A model generated the notes under the pieces. The model was not told where the DNA came from and did not search any database. It saw nothing but the letters and a program-made list of their open reading frames with translations. Shown here piece by piece: positions 17,661 to 27,573 of a DNA stretch of 64,000 nt (positions are counted from its first letter, which is position 1; each line of letters begins with the position of its first letter). Location of the stretch: contig CAZHIA010000007.1 in the NCBI GenBank assembly GCA_964532425.1, positions 8-64,007 on the forward strand, given 5' to 3'. This DNA is from an uncultured Candidatus Saccharibacteria bacterium (GTDB lineage: Bacteria > Patescibacteriota > Doudnabacteria > UBA920). A program made the position numbers and the translations under genes.

Positions 17661-18236
17661 ATGCCCTCCCCCCGTTCCCTTCTATTCTCCTCTATTATAA
17701 TACTCGCGCTATTTAGCGTACTCAATTTTGGCTATGTCTCCAAACAGGTGGTATACCGGTTAGGGATTCATACGTCCGAGCCGATGTCTGAGATCCAGAG
17801 AAGCGGTGTTTCCAACCGGGTAGTGGTCCCGAGCCTGCACATAGACGCGCCCCTCGTTGAACCGCGGGGTACCTCCGACAATGAGTTTGAAGCGGCTCTG
17901 GCCGGCGGCGTGGTGCACTATCCGGGAACAGCCGAACCGGGCGAGCAGGGGACTTGCTATCTGTTTGGTCACAGCTCGGACTACCCTTGGGTAGCCGGAA
18001 AGTACAAAGCAGTTTTTGCGCTGCTTCCCTCTATAAAGACGGGCGAGCAGGTGATACTTTTTGGACAGGAGGGAAAGCCGTACATTTATACGGTCACGGG
18101 GACCAAAGTCGCAGCTGCAAGCGATGTGCAGTACGTGCAATTAAAAGATCTTTCAAAAAAGCAGCTCATCCTCCAAACCTCGTACCCGGTAGGCACGGCG
18201 GCGAAAAGGTTTTTAGTGTTTGCTGAGATGAAATAA
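17661..18236 (+). CDS. Sortase-family protein (SrtA-like fold) with Ser at the position of the catalytic Cys.
   Basis: N-terminal TM anchor. YLFGHSS aligns with SrtA IAGHTF (His). KKQLILQTSYP aligns with QLTLITCDD, with Cys replaced by Ser. AAKRFLVFAE aligns with EKRKIFVATE (Arg). An LPXTG substrate gene lies 1.8 kb upstream. Confidence 0.65.
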   Translation: MPSPRSLLFSSIIILALFSVLNFGYVSKQVVYRLGIHTSEPMSEIQRSGVSNRVVVPSLHIDAPLVEPRGTSDNEFEAALAGGVVHYPGTAEPGEQGTCYLFGHSSDYPWVAGKYKAVFALLPSIKTGEQVILFGQEGKPYIYTVTGTKVAAASDVQYVQLKDLSKKQLILQTSYPVGTAAKRFLVFAEMK

Positions 18237-18270
18237 AAAATCCGTTCCGGCAGTAAGCCGGAACGGCGGT
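18233..18270. terminator. Bidirectional terminator CCGTTCCGGC-AGTAA-GCCGGAACGG between the sortase gene and the convergent 18273..18590 gene.
   Basis: 10-bp stem with a preceding A-run and a following T-containing run. Confidence 0.65.
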
Positions 18271-18272
18271 GG

Positions 18273-18590
18273 TTAGCGTCCTGTGATCCAGACCGCAACA
18301 GGGCAGGAGCCGTGGTGGAGCTCGTCGTAGTATCGCTGCCACTCCGTTTCGGGAACGTAGTAGCAGCCGTACGCGCGGCGGAACTTGCCGAGCTTTTCTT
18401 TGGCCGCAGCTTTGGCTGCGTGCGAGACCGGATATATAATCCTGTACTTAGCGGTGCTGGCGATCAGCATATCTGTGCCTTCGCACTTTGCCGTGGATTT
18501 GTCCAGCCAGTTTATGGGACTGAAAAAAATATCCCGGGTCAGATAGACGAGCAATGCCAGAACTGCGACAATCGCTATGGCTGTGAGCAT
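18273..18590 (-). CDS. Small membrane-anchored hypothetical protein (105 aa).
   Basis: AAGGAGGG RBS 5 nt before the ATG on the minus strand. N-terminal TM helix. Confidence 0.5.
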   Translation of the reverse strand: MLTAIAIVAVLALLVYLTRDIFFSPINWLDKSTAKCEGTDMLIASTAKYRIIYPVSHAAKAAAKEKLGKFRRAYGCYYVPETEWQRYYDELHHGSCPVAVWITGR

Positions 18591-19829
18591 AGTTTCCCTC
18601 CTTTACGTATTACGGCTTATCATAGAGTTTTGGGAGGCCGCTGTCAAGCCATAAAAATTTGACTCGAAGGCTGTTTTTATTGGGGAAAAAATTCCAAAAA
18701 CACTCAAAAATAAGGGGTTTTTGCTATTGCAATTTAAGAATTGGTTGCTATAATAATTACAGCCAAAAACAAAATGGCAATTCAAAAAAGTCATGGTTTA
18801 TAGAGTGACTTTTTTAATTCGGAGACAAATATATGATGGCCTTTGAGCCGCACAATTCCTGTGGAATCCAAATATCGAAAGCCCGCCAGACCTTCGTGTT
18901 TTAGTACGGGTTTTTTAATTTGTATTTCACGGTCGATTGTCTGCCTATGGCAGATAGAAATACATTAAAAAGACTTATGAGTTTTGCCCTCATCCCGGAT
19001 CAAGTCCGGGGCAAGCACTAACCTCTCTCTTTAAAGGGAGAGGAATAGATGCAGTGTCTCCTCTCCTTGTCTAAGGAGAGGATTAAGGTGAGGTTGTCTG
19101 CATTCGTATTCGAGTGACAGATGAGGTAATAAGAAAAAATCTTTCACCGCGAAGCACCTAAGTCTGCAGAATATAAAAGACTCTCCTATTGTTTGCGCAA
19201 TAGAAGAGCCCGTGGCACTCTCAAACGGGGGGTGCCCGATAAGAGAGTGCAAAAGAAAGCTACACGTGATCATGGCTAGCGACCTATGACTTTTGTGTTG
19301 CTTTCATGTGCCTTGCGGCGTTGTCATTTTACCATTTTTGAATAGTTTTTTCAAGGGTTTTAGGCCTAAAAGTTGATTCGCTGTAAGTTTAAGCGAGATT
19401 TTCTCAAACTCTTTCTCAGCCAGACCTTCTTCCGAGAGGTGAGAGGCTTAGTATTTCCTCTCCTTATCATAGGAGAGGATTAAGGTGAGGTTATATGTGT
19501 TTGTGACTTGCAGTGCATGAAAAGAATCAGCGATTCTCAAAAGAATTTGGCCTTCAATAAGGGGTCGTCAATAAAATTCAAATTTACCCGCACACCAAAG
19601 TTGTCTGAATAGGTTATTAGTAACTTTGGAATCTCCAGTAAGAATCTCACATCATTGTTAGATGAATTTGGTGTGTGGGATTAGTTGATTGCTCCTATTG
19701 GGGGCGTTAAAAAATTCTTTAATCTTTCTCTCTGTGTCATTCTGAATTTATTTCAGAATCCATGGATTCCGGCTCTTAGGCCGGAATGACACAAAAGTCA
19801 GTTCTCAAGCAAACAATTAAATTCTAAGT

Positions 19830-22800
19830 ATGAACAAACTTATTAATCTCAAAGCTGCTGCCGCTGCGGCCATCATGGCCCTGGCCAGTGCCCTGACCCT
19901 CCTGGTCCCACAGCCGGCGTTGGCAGCACAAACCATCACTTCCGCCACACTTAATGGGGGAAGCTCAGTAGTGGTCAAGCCAGGTACAACCATAACGGCA
20001 AATGTTGTTGGCAGTTTAACTGGAGGGGATCATTGGCACGGCACTCAGTGGCGCATCAGTACCACACCACCTTCAGGGTCTGGTACATCTACTTGTTCAG
20101 ATACAACAGATCATAATAGTGGCACTGGTGTATCATCGGGAAATTTCAACATTACAGCCCCAGGAACAGCAGGTACCTATAATGTCTATTTTATAATGGA
20201 CTCGTCAAGTATTTGTAATGGTAGCGAAGGGGCATACTTTACATTAAGTAATGCAGTGGTTGTCGATGCTACAGCTCCTACAATTACCATCACACCTGGT
20301 GATTCAACCTCGCCAGTAAAGACCGTAACCTGGAACTGGTCGGCTAATGAGGCCTCTACTTATCGGTATATTATAAGCACCAATCCGGCCACAATGCCTT
20401 CCGGAAGTTTTTCTTCCGTGACATCTGCTACTCAGAGTACAGGGAATGGCACATACTATTTGAAAGTTGAGGCACAAGATGCAGCAGGGAATACAACTGT
20501 AAAAGGCGTGTACGCTATTTTGGATAACACAGCGCCAGTAATCGCTCCGGCTTCCGATGTTATCGCTACAGCTAATGCATTGGGTGGTGCAACAGTAAGT
20601 TATGCTCTTCCCACAGCTACAGACAATCATGATTCTACGGTAACTGTAACGTGCAGTCCGGTTTCCGGGAGTTTCTTCTCTCTTGGCCAAACAACTGTTA
20701 CCTGCAATGCCAGCGATGCTGCAGGAAACGCGGCCACTCCTGTTACCTTTAAAGTTACCGTAAATCCAGGTCCGGTCAGTGCGAGTCAGTCAACTGTTGA
20801 AGTGAGTGTCAGCTCCGCTACTACGAACGGCGGCAATGTCATTATTACCATTACTGCCAAGGACCAGTTTGGGAATGTCATACCGAATATTCTGCCTGCA
20901 AATGTAGTCATCTCAGCAAGCGGCAGCGGTAATACTGTTCACCAGCCTTCAGCTCCGACAGATTCCAATGGGAAGACGCAAGGCCAATTGGGATCAAGTG
21001 TTTCAGGGACTAAAACAATTACGGTAACGATAAACGGAACCCCGTTAACACAACAGCCGCAAGTTACATTTACAGTCGGCGATCCGGTCAATGCCACCGT
21101 TACGGCAACACCTAAGCCCCGGGAAGCGAGCCTTTCTGGAGCTTCGGTGGCTTTAGATATTTTTGTCGACGATGGCAATGGCAATGCGGTCAATGATGGT
21201 GTTATTTTAACGGTTACACCGTCTACCTCAGCTCCCCATGGTACACCTACGGTCACCGGTTGTACTCCCACCTCTGCCGGCCATGTCAGCTGCACGTTAA
21301 GCTTCAACTACAAGGGTACGGTCTCTTTAGCCATTTCTTCCTATAAGGGAAGCTTGAATGTACTCGGAGATAATCCGGTAAGCTTTGTTGATACCACCAA
21401 GCCGATTATAGCCGTTATACCGCCGAATCCGGACAGTGTGGAATATAAGGGGACATATACCGATCCTGGCGCAACGGCAACTGACAATATTGATGGTGAT
21501 TTGACTTCGCAGATTGTAAAAACCGGTACCGTCGATCCCAATACGCTCAACGGCGTACCGAATACGACCACGAAGGTGGTAGGCGTGTACACGCTCTATT
21601 ACAATGTGTCCGATTCCAGCACAAACGCCGCTGTACAGCAGACTCGTACGGTCAATGTGGTGGATACCACACCGCCGGTTATTGAGTCAATTACTTCTGA
21701 TGCAACAGCAAGCGGATGGTTAAAGGTCACAGATTCTATTACGTTTACGTTAACGACATCTGTAGTTGAACCCGCTGGTACAATAGTCTCAGGTTCCTAC
21801 AACGGTCGTTCTTTGACCTGGACCACAACGGATAATCGGCACTGGACTGCGGTCTATACGGTAACGGAAGGGGACTCCGATCAGCTTACGCCTTTGCAAA
21901 TTTCCGGTGTAAAGGTTACTGATGAAGCCGGAAACGATAGCACCTTAGCTTCGGGTATTGATGTTCAGAAGACTATTGATGCAAATACGCCAACGACGCC
22001 TACCGTCAACCTTCCTACGTATATCAACAATGCAGGAAAGAGCAATGTAGAATTAACAATTAGTGGCGAGTCGGGAACGACAGCTGATTACGCGCTCACT
22101 GATAGCGGTACTGGTTCAGTTACGGGCTCGGTGGTAATTCCGGGAACCGGTACTGCCGTTGTAAATCTCGATTTGTCTGGTTTGGCTGATGGCACAGTTA
22201 CCGCTTCTGTTACATTGACTGATGTTGCCGGAAATAAAAGCCCGGCAGGTACGGATACTGCCACGAAAGATACCGTTGCTCCCGCCGCCGGAACTCTGAC
22301 CATCGATCCGTACATAAACGTTACGAACCAGTCGCCGTTTGCCGTGAACGGGACGGGTGAGCCAAATGCCAAGCTTCATATTACCATCACTGATTTTGAT
22401 GGTCACACTGAAATTATCGATTACGGAGCAGTGACCGTAGGCGGCAATATTTACGCCATAAAAAATCTCTCGAGCTTACACGACGGAACAGTGACGTTTG
22501 CCCTCGCTTTGGAGGACGCTGCTGGTAATGTTGGCCCGGAATCTACAACTACTGCCGTAAAAGAGACTATCAGGCCTACATTGGTATCACTCGATAACGG
22601 CTCTTTGTACAAAGCCGGTACTTATACCTTGTCGGCGGAGTTTAGCGAAGACGTAACTGCGCCGAAAATTTCCATTGCATATACTTCGGTGAACGGCACT
22701 TGTTCTGATGTGACTAATGCAGCCATGACGCCGGGTAGTGATGCTCTTCATTACACGTACGATCTCGTGATCGATGATGCTTGTGATGGAGCAAATGCCA

Positions 22801-25800
22801 CCATCACCGTCAGTAATGCTACTGACACGGCTGGTAACCCCATGTTAGACGACGCTACTCACACCTTCAAAGTTGATACTTTAGCACCTGCTTTGGCTAT
22901 TACGAGCCCGGCGACTGATGCATATATCAACGCAAACTATTCGGTCAGTTATACTATGAGTGAAGATCTGCAGAGCGGCTCGCTAGTCTTCCACAGCATG
23001 ACTCCTGGCATGACCTGCCCGCTCACAGGCAGCGACTTGTTGTCCGGTACACATACCATAGCTGCTGTCGCGTTGACGACCTGTGGTATTACTTTGACCG
23101 AAGGGACTCATACTATAACGCTCAACGGCACTGATCTGGCTGGTAACAGCAACACGACTACTAACACTAATATCACCTACGATGTGACCGCGCCGACGGT
23201 CGTGAATGTGACTTCTCCTAAAGCAGATGGTATCTACAAGGCCGGTGAGGTGATAGATGTCACTGTACAGTTCAGCGAGCCGGTTAATGTGACTTATGAC
23301 TACACGTCCGGCGGTTGTGGTTATTGGCCGTGGTCACCGTGCTGGGACGGCCACTATTATGCGCCCCAGGTTGCCTTAGAAACAGGCTCGACTGATAGAA
23401 ATGCTGTGTACGACCGGGATGCGGGCGGCAGCGGTACCAACACAATTTCTTTCCGGTACGTAGTAGAAGCTGGTGACATGACATCTGACCTGGATTATAT
23501 ATCCGCCAGTGCGCTCAGTATGAACGGTCAGAGTATTCGCGATTTGGCTGGCAACGATGTTGTTGCAACCCTTGCCGTTCCTGGTGCAGAACATTCATTA
23601 GGCTTTAACAAAGCAATTGTCATTGATACCCAGGCTCCGACAGTTGCTTTGACGACTCCGGTGGCTGATCCGACAAATGTCACGCCGTTTACGGTAACGG
23701 CGACGTTCTCGGAAGATGTAACCGGGTTTGAGTCCTCCGATATAGTAGTGGGAAATGGTTCTGTCAGTAACTTTGCCGGCAGCGGTTCTGTGTATACCTT
23801 TGATGTAACGCCAACCGGCGACGGTTCGGTTACGATCGATGTCCCGGCTGCGGCAGCTGTTGATGCGGCTGGTAACGGTAATACGGTAGCGACCCAACTG
23901 ACTCGTGTCTTTGATGCAACCAAACCAACCGTAACTGCAGTAGCTTTGATGGAAGGAACAGTTGCTTCTGATGGTTTGGTTAAGGCTGGAGATGTGCTCA
24001 CGGTGAATGTGACCTTCAGTGAAGATATGGCGAGCACACCAGTTCCTCAAATCTCTATTGCCGGCGCAAATACGTTGACAGGGGCCGACATGACCAAGGT
24101 TGATGCCAAACATTATACCTACAACTTCACAGTCGGTTCCGGAGACGGTACTGCTACTATTACGATCGATAACGGAAAGGATTTGGCTGGCAATGCCCAG
24201 GTGGCCAATTCCAGTGCAACCTTTAAAGTCGATAACACCGCCCCAGTCATTTCCGGCACTCCTTCCAGCTTTGCCACAACGGCCAATACTACTGGCTATG
24301 CGAACGGCGTAACCTATACCATGCCGACTGCCGCCGATGACGTCGACGGTTCGGTGGCGGTTACCTGTACTCCGGCTTCCGGATCGAATTTCCCGCTCGG
24401 CGGAACAACGGTAACCTGCACAGCCAAGGACGCGGCCGGCAACAATGCCACACCAACAACCTTCACGGTTACCGTTAATCCTGCCGTCATTGCCAAAGTT
24501 ACGGTTTCTGCCTCTCCTTCTACCTTGACCACGGCAGATACTTCCACCCTGACCATCAATGGCCGCGACCAGTATGACAATGTGACGACCAATCAGAGCG
24601 GTACGGTTGTGGCGATCAGCGCGGACAATGGTGGCGCTTTGGGCGCAACCATTGTGACGCTTGCAAGCGGTGCGGCTACGACGAGTCTCAATAAGACTTC
24701 TGCTGGCGATGTGCATGTCACGGTGACCAGCGGTATCCTCACTCCGGGCAACACCACGGTGACGTTTACGAAGGCTGATGTAACTCCTCCGACTGTAGTC
24801 AATTCAAATCCAGCTCCGGGAGCCACAGGGGTTTCGGTGAATGCCTCCCTGTTCGTAACCTTCAGTGAACCCCTTAAGTCCACAAGCATCAATTCCACCA
24901 ACGTCCAGCTGTGGCGCGTAGCTACGGGAACCGAGGTTTCCGATGTGCAAATTCCGGTTACGGTCTCCCTGGTGTCCGGCGATATGCAAGTGAACCTTAC
25001 GCCTGCCGGACCGCTTGAATACACGAATTCTTACTACTTTGTAGTCAGTGGCGTGCAGGATGCCGCGGGTAATGCCATGGCCGACCCGTACACCACCGCG
25101 GGTAATCCGTTCAAGACCGAAGACAGCACGGCGGATGTAACAAACCCGACAGTAAAGAGTCAGTATCCCGCAGCCGCTGCAACGAATGTTGCTATAACAG
25201 TCAAGCCGTCCGTGACCTTCTCGGAAACGATGGACACTACCACGCTGACTGACAGCAACGTCCAACTCATCAAAGATTCAGACAGCTCTGTTATCCCTGC
25301 AACGGTAGTAGTGGGCAATGGAGGCACCCAGGCTATTCTGGAACCGGCTACCGCCCTCTTAAACAGCACGAGCTACCATGTAACCGTTAGTACTGCCGTT
25401 AAGGATCTTGCAGGCAATCCGTTGGCCAGCAGCTATGTTGGAGACAGCTTCACCACGGAAGCCGAGCAGGTGGTAGACTTGGCCGTGACCCAGACCGAAC
25501 TGCTGCAGAGCTATGCCACTCCGAACAATACCTATGCCAGTGGCTGGAAGTGGAAGCTCAAGGTCACGACCCCGAAAGATGAGACTAAATTGCGCATGAA
25601 GTTTACTGACTTCACCAGCGGCGCCAATACCGTGCCCGCTGCAGGCAATATCCATTTCTACTCTGCTCAGTCCTCGGATGCCGCTACGTCTGACACGGCC
25701 CGTGAGATCACGGCAGCCGGCACGTTCAGCTCGGACATTACCCTAAACGGCGATACCGATACCTCCGCTCCTGGACGGCAGATTGAAATTATCGTTGAGG

Positions 25801-25880
25801 TTAAAGTTCCGGCCGGTACCCCGGGCGGTTCGTACTCCAATAGCTACGATATCCAGACCAGTACTCCTTCTGAGACGTAA
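19830..25880 (+). CDS. Giant secreted cell-surface protein (2016 aa) with repeated Ig-like/HYR-like modules; putative adhesin.
   Basis: Signal peptide MNKLINLKAAAAAAIMALASALTLLVPQPALAA. Two near-duplicate HYR-like modules (ATDNHDSTVTVTCSPVSGSFFSLGQTTVTCNASDAAGNAATPVTFKVTVNP and AADDVDGSVAVTCTPASGSNFPLGGTTVTCTAKDAAGNNATPTTFTVTVNP). T/S/V/N-rich beta-type repeats throughout. Confidence 0.8.
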   Translation: MNKLINLKAAAAAAIMALASALTLLVPQPALAAQTITSATLNGGSSVVVKPGTTITANVVGSLTGGDHWHGTQWRISTTPPSGSGTSTCSDTTDHNSGTGVSSGNFNITAPGTAGTYNVYFIMDSSSICNGSEGAYFTLSNAVVVDATAPTITITPGDSTSPVKTVTWNWSANEASTYRYIISTNPATMPSGSFSSVTSATQSTGNGTYYLKVEAQDAAGNTTVKGVYAILDNTAPVIAPASDVIATANALGGATVSYALPTATDNHDSTVTVTCSPVSGSFFSLGQTTVTCNASDAAGNAATPVTFKVTVNPGPVSASQSTVEVSVSSATTNGGNVIITITAKDQFGNVIPNILPANVVISASGSGNTVHQPSAPTDSNGKTQGQLGSSVSGTKTITVTINGTPLTQQPQVTFTVGDPVNATVTATPKPREASLSGASVALDIFVDDGNGNAVNDGVILTVTPSTSAPHGTPTVTGCTPTSAGHVSCTLSFNYKGTVSLAISSYKGSLNVLGDNPVSFVDTTKPIIAVIPPNPDSVEYKGTYTDPGATATDNIDGDLTSQIVKTGTVDPNTLNGVPNTTTKVVGVYTLYYNVSDSSTNAAVQQTRTVNVVDTTPPVIESITSDATASGWLKVTDSITFTLTTSVVEPAGTIVSGSYNGRSLTWTTTDNRHWTAVYTVTEGDSDQLTPLQISGVKVTDEAGNDSTLASGIDVQKTIDANTPTTPTVNLPTYINNAGKSNVELTISGESGTTADYALTDSGTGSVTGSVVIPGTGTAVVNLDLSGLADGTVTASVTLTDVAGNKSPAGTDTATKDTVAPAAGTLTIDPYINVTNQSPFAVNGTGEPNAKLHITITDFDGHTEIIDYGAVTVGGNIYAIKNLSSLHDGTVTFALALEDAAGNVGPESTTTAVKETIRPTLVSLDNGSLYKAGTYTLSAEFSEDVTAPKISIAYTSVNGTCSDVTNAAMTPGSDALHYTYDLVIDDACDGANATITVSNATDTAGNPMLDDATHTFKVDTLAPALAITSPATDAYINANYSVSYTMSEDLQSGSLVFHSMTPGMTCPLTGSDLLSGTHTIAAVALTTCGITLTEGTHTITLNGTDLAGNSNTTTNTNITYDVTAPTVVNVTSPKADGIYKAGEVIDVTVQFSEPVNVTYDYTSGGCGYWPWSPCWDGHYYAPQVALETGSTDRNAVYDRDAGGSGTNTISFRYVVEAGDMTSDLDYISASALSMNGQSIRDLAGNDVVATLAVPGAEHSLGFNKAIVIDTQAPTVALTTPVADPTNVTPFTVTATFSEDVTGFESSDIVVGNGSVSNFAGSGSVYTFDVTPTGDGSVTIDVPAAAAVDAAGNGNTVATQLTRVFDATKPTVTAVALMEGTVASDGLVKAGDVLTVNVTFSEDMASTPVPQISIAGANTLTGADMTKVDAKHYTYNFTVGSGDGTATITIDNGKDLAGNAQVANSSATFKVDNTAPVISGTPSSFATTANTTGYANGVTYTMPTAADDVDGSVAVTCTPASGSNFPLGGTTVTCTAKDAAGNNATPTTFTVTVNPAVIAKVTVSASPSTLTTADTSTLTINGRDQYDNVTTNQSGTVVAISADNGGALGATIVTLASGAATTSLNKTSAGDVHVTVTSGILTPGNTTVTFTKADVTPPTVVNSNPAPGATGVSVNASLFVTFSEPLKSTSINSTNVQLWRVATGTEVSDVQIPVTVSLVSGDMQVNLTPAGPLEYTNSYYFVVSGVQDAAGNAMADPYTTAGNPFKTEDSTADVTNPTVKSQYPAAAATNVAITVKPSVTFSETMDTTTLTDSNVQLIKDSDSSVIPATVVVGNGGTQAILEPATALLNSTSYHVTVSTAVKDLAGNPLASSYVGDSFTTEAEQVVDLAVTQTELLQSYATPNNTYASGWKWKLKVTTPKDETKLRMKFTDFTSGANTVPAAGNIHFYSAQSSDAATSDTAREITAAGTFSSDITLNGDTDTSAPGRQIEIIVEVKVPAGTPGGSYSNSYDIQTSTPSET

Positions 25881-25909
25881 TTACCATCTAACCGCTAACA
25901 TTCAAGACC

Positions 25910-27409
25910 ATGAAGAAATATTTGTTCCTGACATTGCTGCTGGCGGGGATGGCGGCGGCGCCGAAAGTGTTGGCCGTAGCCACACCGCCGGTAACCGGAC
26001 ACACCTCTACCATTTCCGGCACCCTCACGACCGGATTGTCGAGCGGGCCGCAGGTAGTCGTGGTTGTGCCGCCGAGCGCGAGCCCTGATGCCGGCACATA
26101 TACCTCGACCCAGAATGTCGTTTTGACTGCCACGGGCAGCCAGAGCATCCACTACACCACGGACGGCACTGAGCCGACGTGCACTACCGCCTCAACGTAC
26201 AGCGCCGCTATTCCCGTATCCGCCACGCTGACCGTTAAAGCCATCTCCTGCTATCCTGACAGCCATGCCTCAACCGTTGCCAGCTTTACCTACACGATCA
26301 ATACCCCTGCCGCTCCTTCCAGCCCCTCCGGCGGGGGAGGGGGCGGGGGAGGCGGATCGTTCGCACCCTCTTCTCCCTTTGGCACAATTTCAGTCGCCAT
26401 CAATGGCACTGCCACGACAACTTCGAGCCGTACGGTAACGCTGACGCTGACCGCGACCGGCGCGACGCAGATGATCATTTCCAATGCAGCCGATTTATCC
26501 GGATCTTCCTGGCAAACATTCGCTACGACCACAACCTGGACCTTGCCGGCTGGCGATGGCATAAAGGCGGTGTATGCCAAGTTCAAGAACGCTTCGAATG
26601 AATCTTCCGTCGTCAGCGATACCATAACGCTGTACGAAGGCAAGGTCTTGGGAGAAAGCACAGCACTGAATGCTCATCCGAATGGTACTTTGATTCTTGA
26701 CGGCAAAACTATCTATCTCATTGAGAACCGCGAGCGTCATGGTTTCCGCGACCCGCAGGAGTACGCCTCCTACGGTTATCGGTTCGACCAGGCAGTGCCG
26801 GTCATTGAAGCGGACAGCCTATTGCCAGTGGGTGACATCATGAAAGCTATGACAGGAACCCTGGCCCTCGACACTTCCGATAACCGTACGGTCTACATGG
26901 TAGGCAAGAACGCCACCAAGCGCGGTTTCGCCTCGTACAGCGTCTTTACCGGCCTTGGCTATGCTAAAGGTTCGGGTATGTCCGGCCAAGCGGTTAATGG
27001 CATGTTCAAGATTAACATGACCGATTACCCCGCAGGCCTGCCCATTACCTCGGCCACGGAACCGCATCCTGAAGGTGCACTGGTCCGCCAGAGTAACGGT
27101 ACTATTTGGTGGATATTGGACGGCAAGCGCAGTGGCTTTGAATCCGAAGCGGTGTATAACACCTATGGCTTCACCTTTGACCGGGCTGTTCCAGCCAATG
27201 CGGCTGATCTGGCTCTCTCTGAAGGACCGCTGGTCAAGTTCCGCGACGGGACGCTGGTTCGGGACGGTACGGTTTACTATATTATTACCGACGGGCAAAA
27301 AATGCCCTTTGCCTCGGTCCAGTCACTGGCGAGCTGGGGCTACAAGACCTCCAACGTCATAACCGCAAACCTCAGTACTTACACGCAAGCGCCAACTACG
27401 CTACCCTAA
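25910..27409 (+). CDS. Secreted protein with a poly-Gly linker and four C-terminal approximately 45-aa repeats (G-x-KR-x-GF...GY motif); possible cell-wall-binding repeats.
   Basis: Signal peptide. GGGGGGGGG run. Repeats of the form IYLIENRERHGFRDPQEYASYGY, VYMVGKNATKRGFASYSVFTGLGY, IWWILDGKRSGFESEAVYNTYGF and VYYIITDGQKMPFASVQSLASWGY. Confidence 0.65.
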   Translation: MKKYLFLTLLLAGMAAAPKVLAVATPPVTGHTSTISGTLTTGLSSGPQVVVVVPPSASPDAGTYTSTQNVVLTATGSQSIHYTTDGTEPTCTTASTYSAAIPVSATLTVKAISCYPDSHASTVASFTYTINTPAAPSSPSGGGGGGGGGSFAPSSPFGTISVAINGTATTTSSRTVTLTLTATGATQMIISNAADLSGSSWQTFATTTTWTLPAGDGIKAVYAKFKNASNESSVVSDTITLYEGKVLGESTALNAHPNGTLILDGKTIYLIENRERHGFRDPQEYASYGYRFDQAVPVIEADSLLPVGDIMKAMTGTLALDTSDNRTVYMVGKNATKRGFASYSVFTGLGYAKGSGMSGQAVNGMFKINMTDYPAGLPITSATEPHPEGALVRQSNGTIWWILDGKRSGFESEAVYNTYGFTFDRAVPANAADLALSEGPLVKFRDGTLVRDGTVYYIITDGQKMPFASVQSLASWGYKTSNVITANLSTYTQAPTTLP

Positions 27410-27417
27410 GCAATAAA

Positions 27418-27450
27418 ATCCTCCGCCCATATTTGGGCGGAGGATTTTAT
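27418..27450 (+). terminator. Rho-independent terminator AATCCTCCGCCC-ATATTT-GGGCGGAGGATT + TTT.
   Basis: 12-bp stem with a trailing T-run directly after the stop at 27409. Confidence 0.7.
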
Positions 27451-27516
27451 ATATCCATCAACACCCCGCACCATCTTAGTTTTGAAATAACCTAGATTCA
27501 ACACAGCAAAATTTAA

Positions 27517-27558
27517 TTCAGTGGGGAAGTTGTACAAATGTACAACTTCCCCACTGAA
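27517..27558. repeat. Perfect 20-bp-arm hairpin TTCAGTGGGGAAGTTGTACA-AA-TGTACAACTTCCCCACTGAA (copy 1).
   Basis: Exact inverted repeat. A second copy with loop TT (the exact reverse complement) lies at 28298..28339. Confidence 0.85.
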
Positions 27559-27573
27559 ATCGAAACAAAAATA

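Noticed and set aside
18600-19830. Possible CRISPR array in the long ORF-free region
   Set aside because: Only two copies of the 35-bp module are present, about 395 bp apart, with no regular repeat-spacer periodicity. No cas genes lie nearby.
27538-27573. Start codon of the hairpin-flanked gene at 27538 (MYNFPTEIETK)
   Set aside because: The ATG lies inside the perfect 20-bp stem, and the same peptide appears in antisense ORFs of the other copy. The later Met (27574) is more plausible, though neither has a strong RBS.
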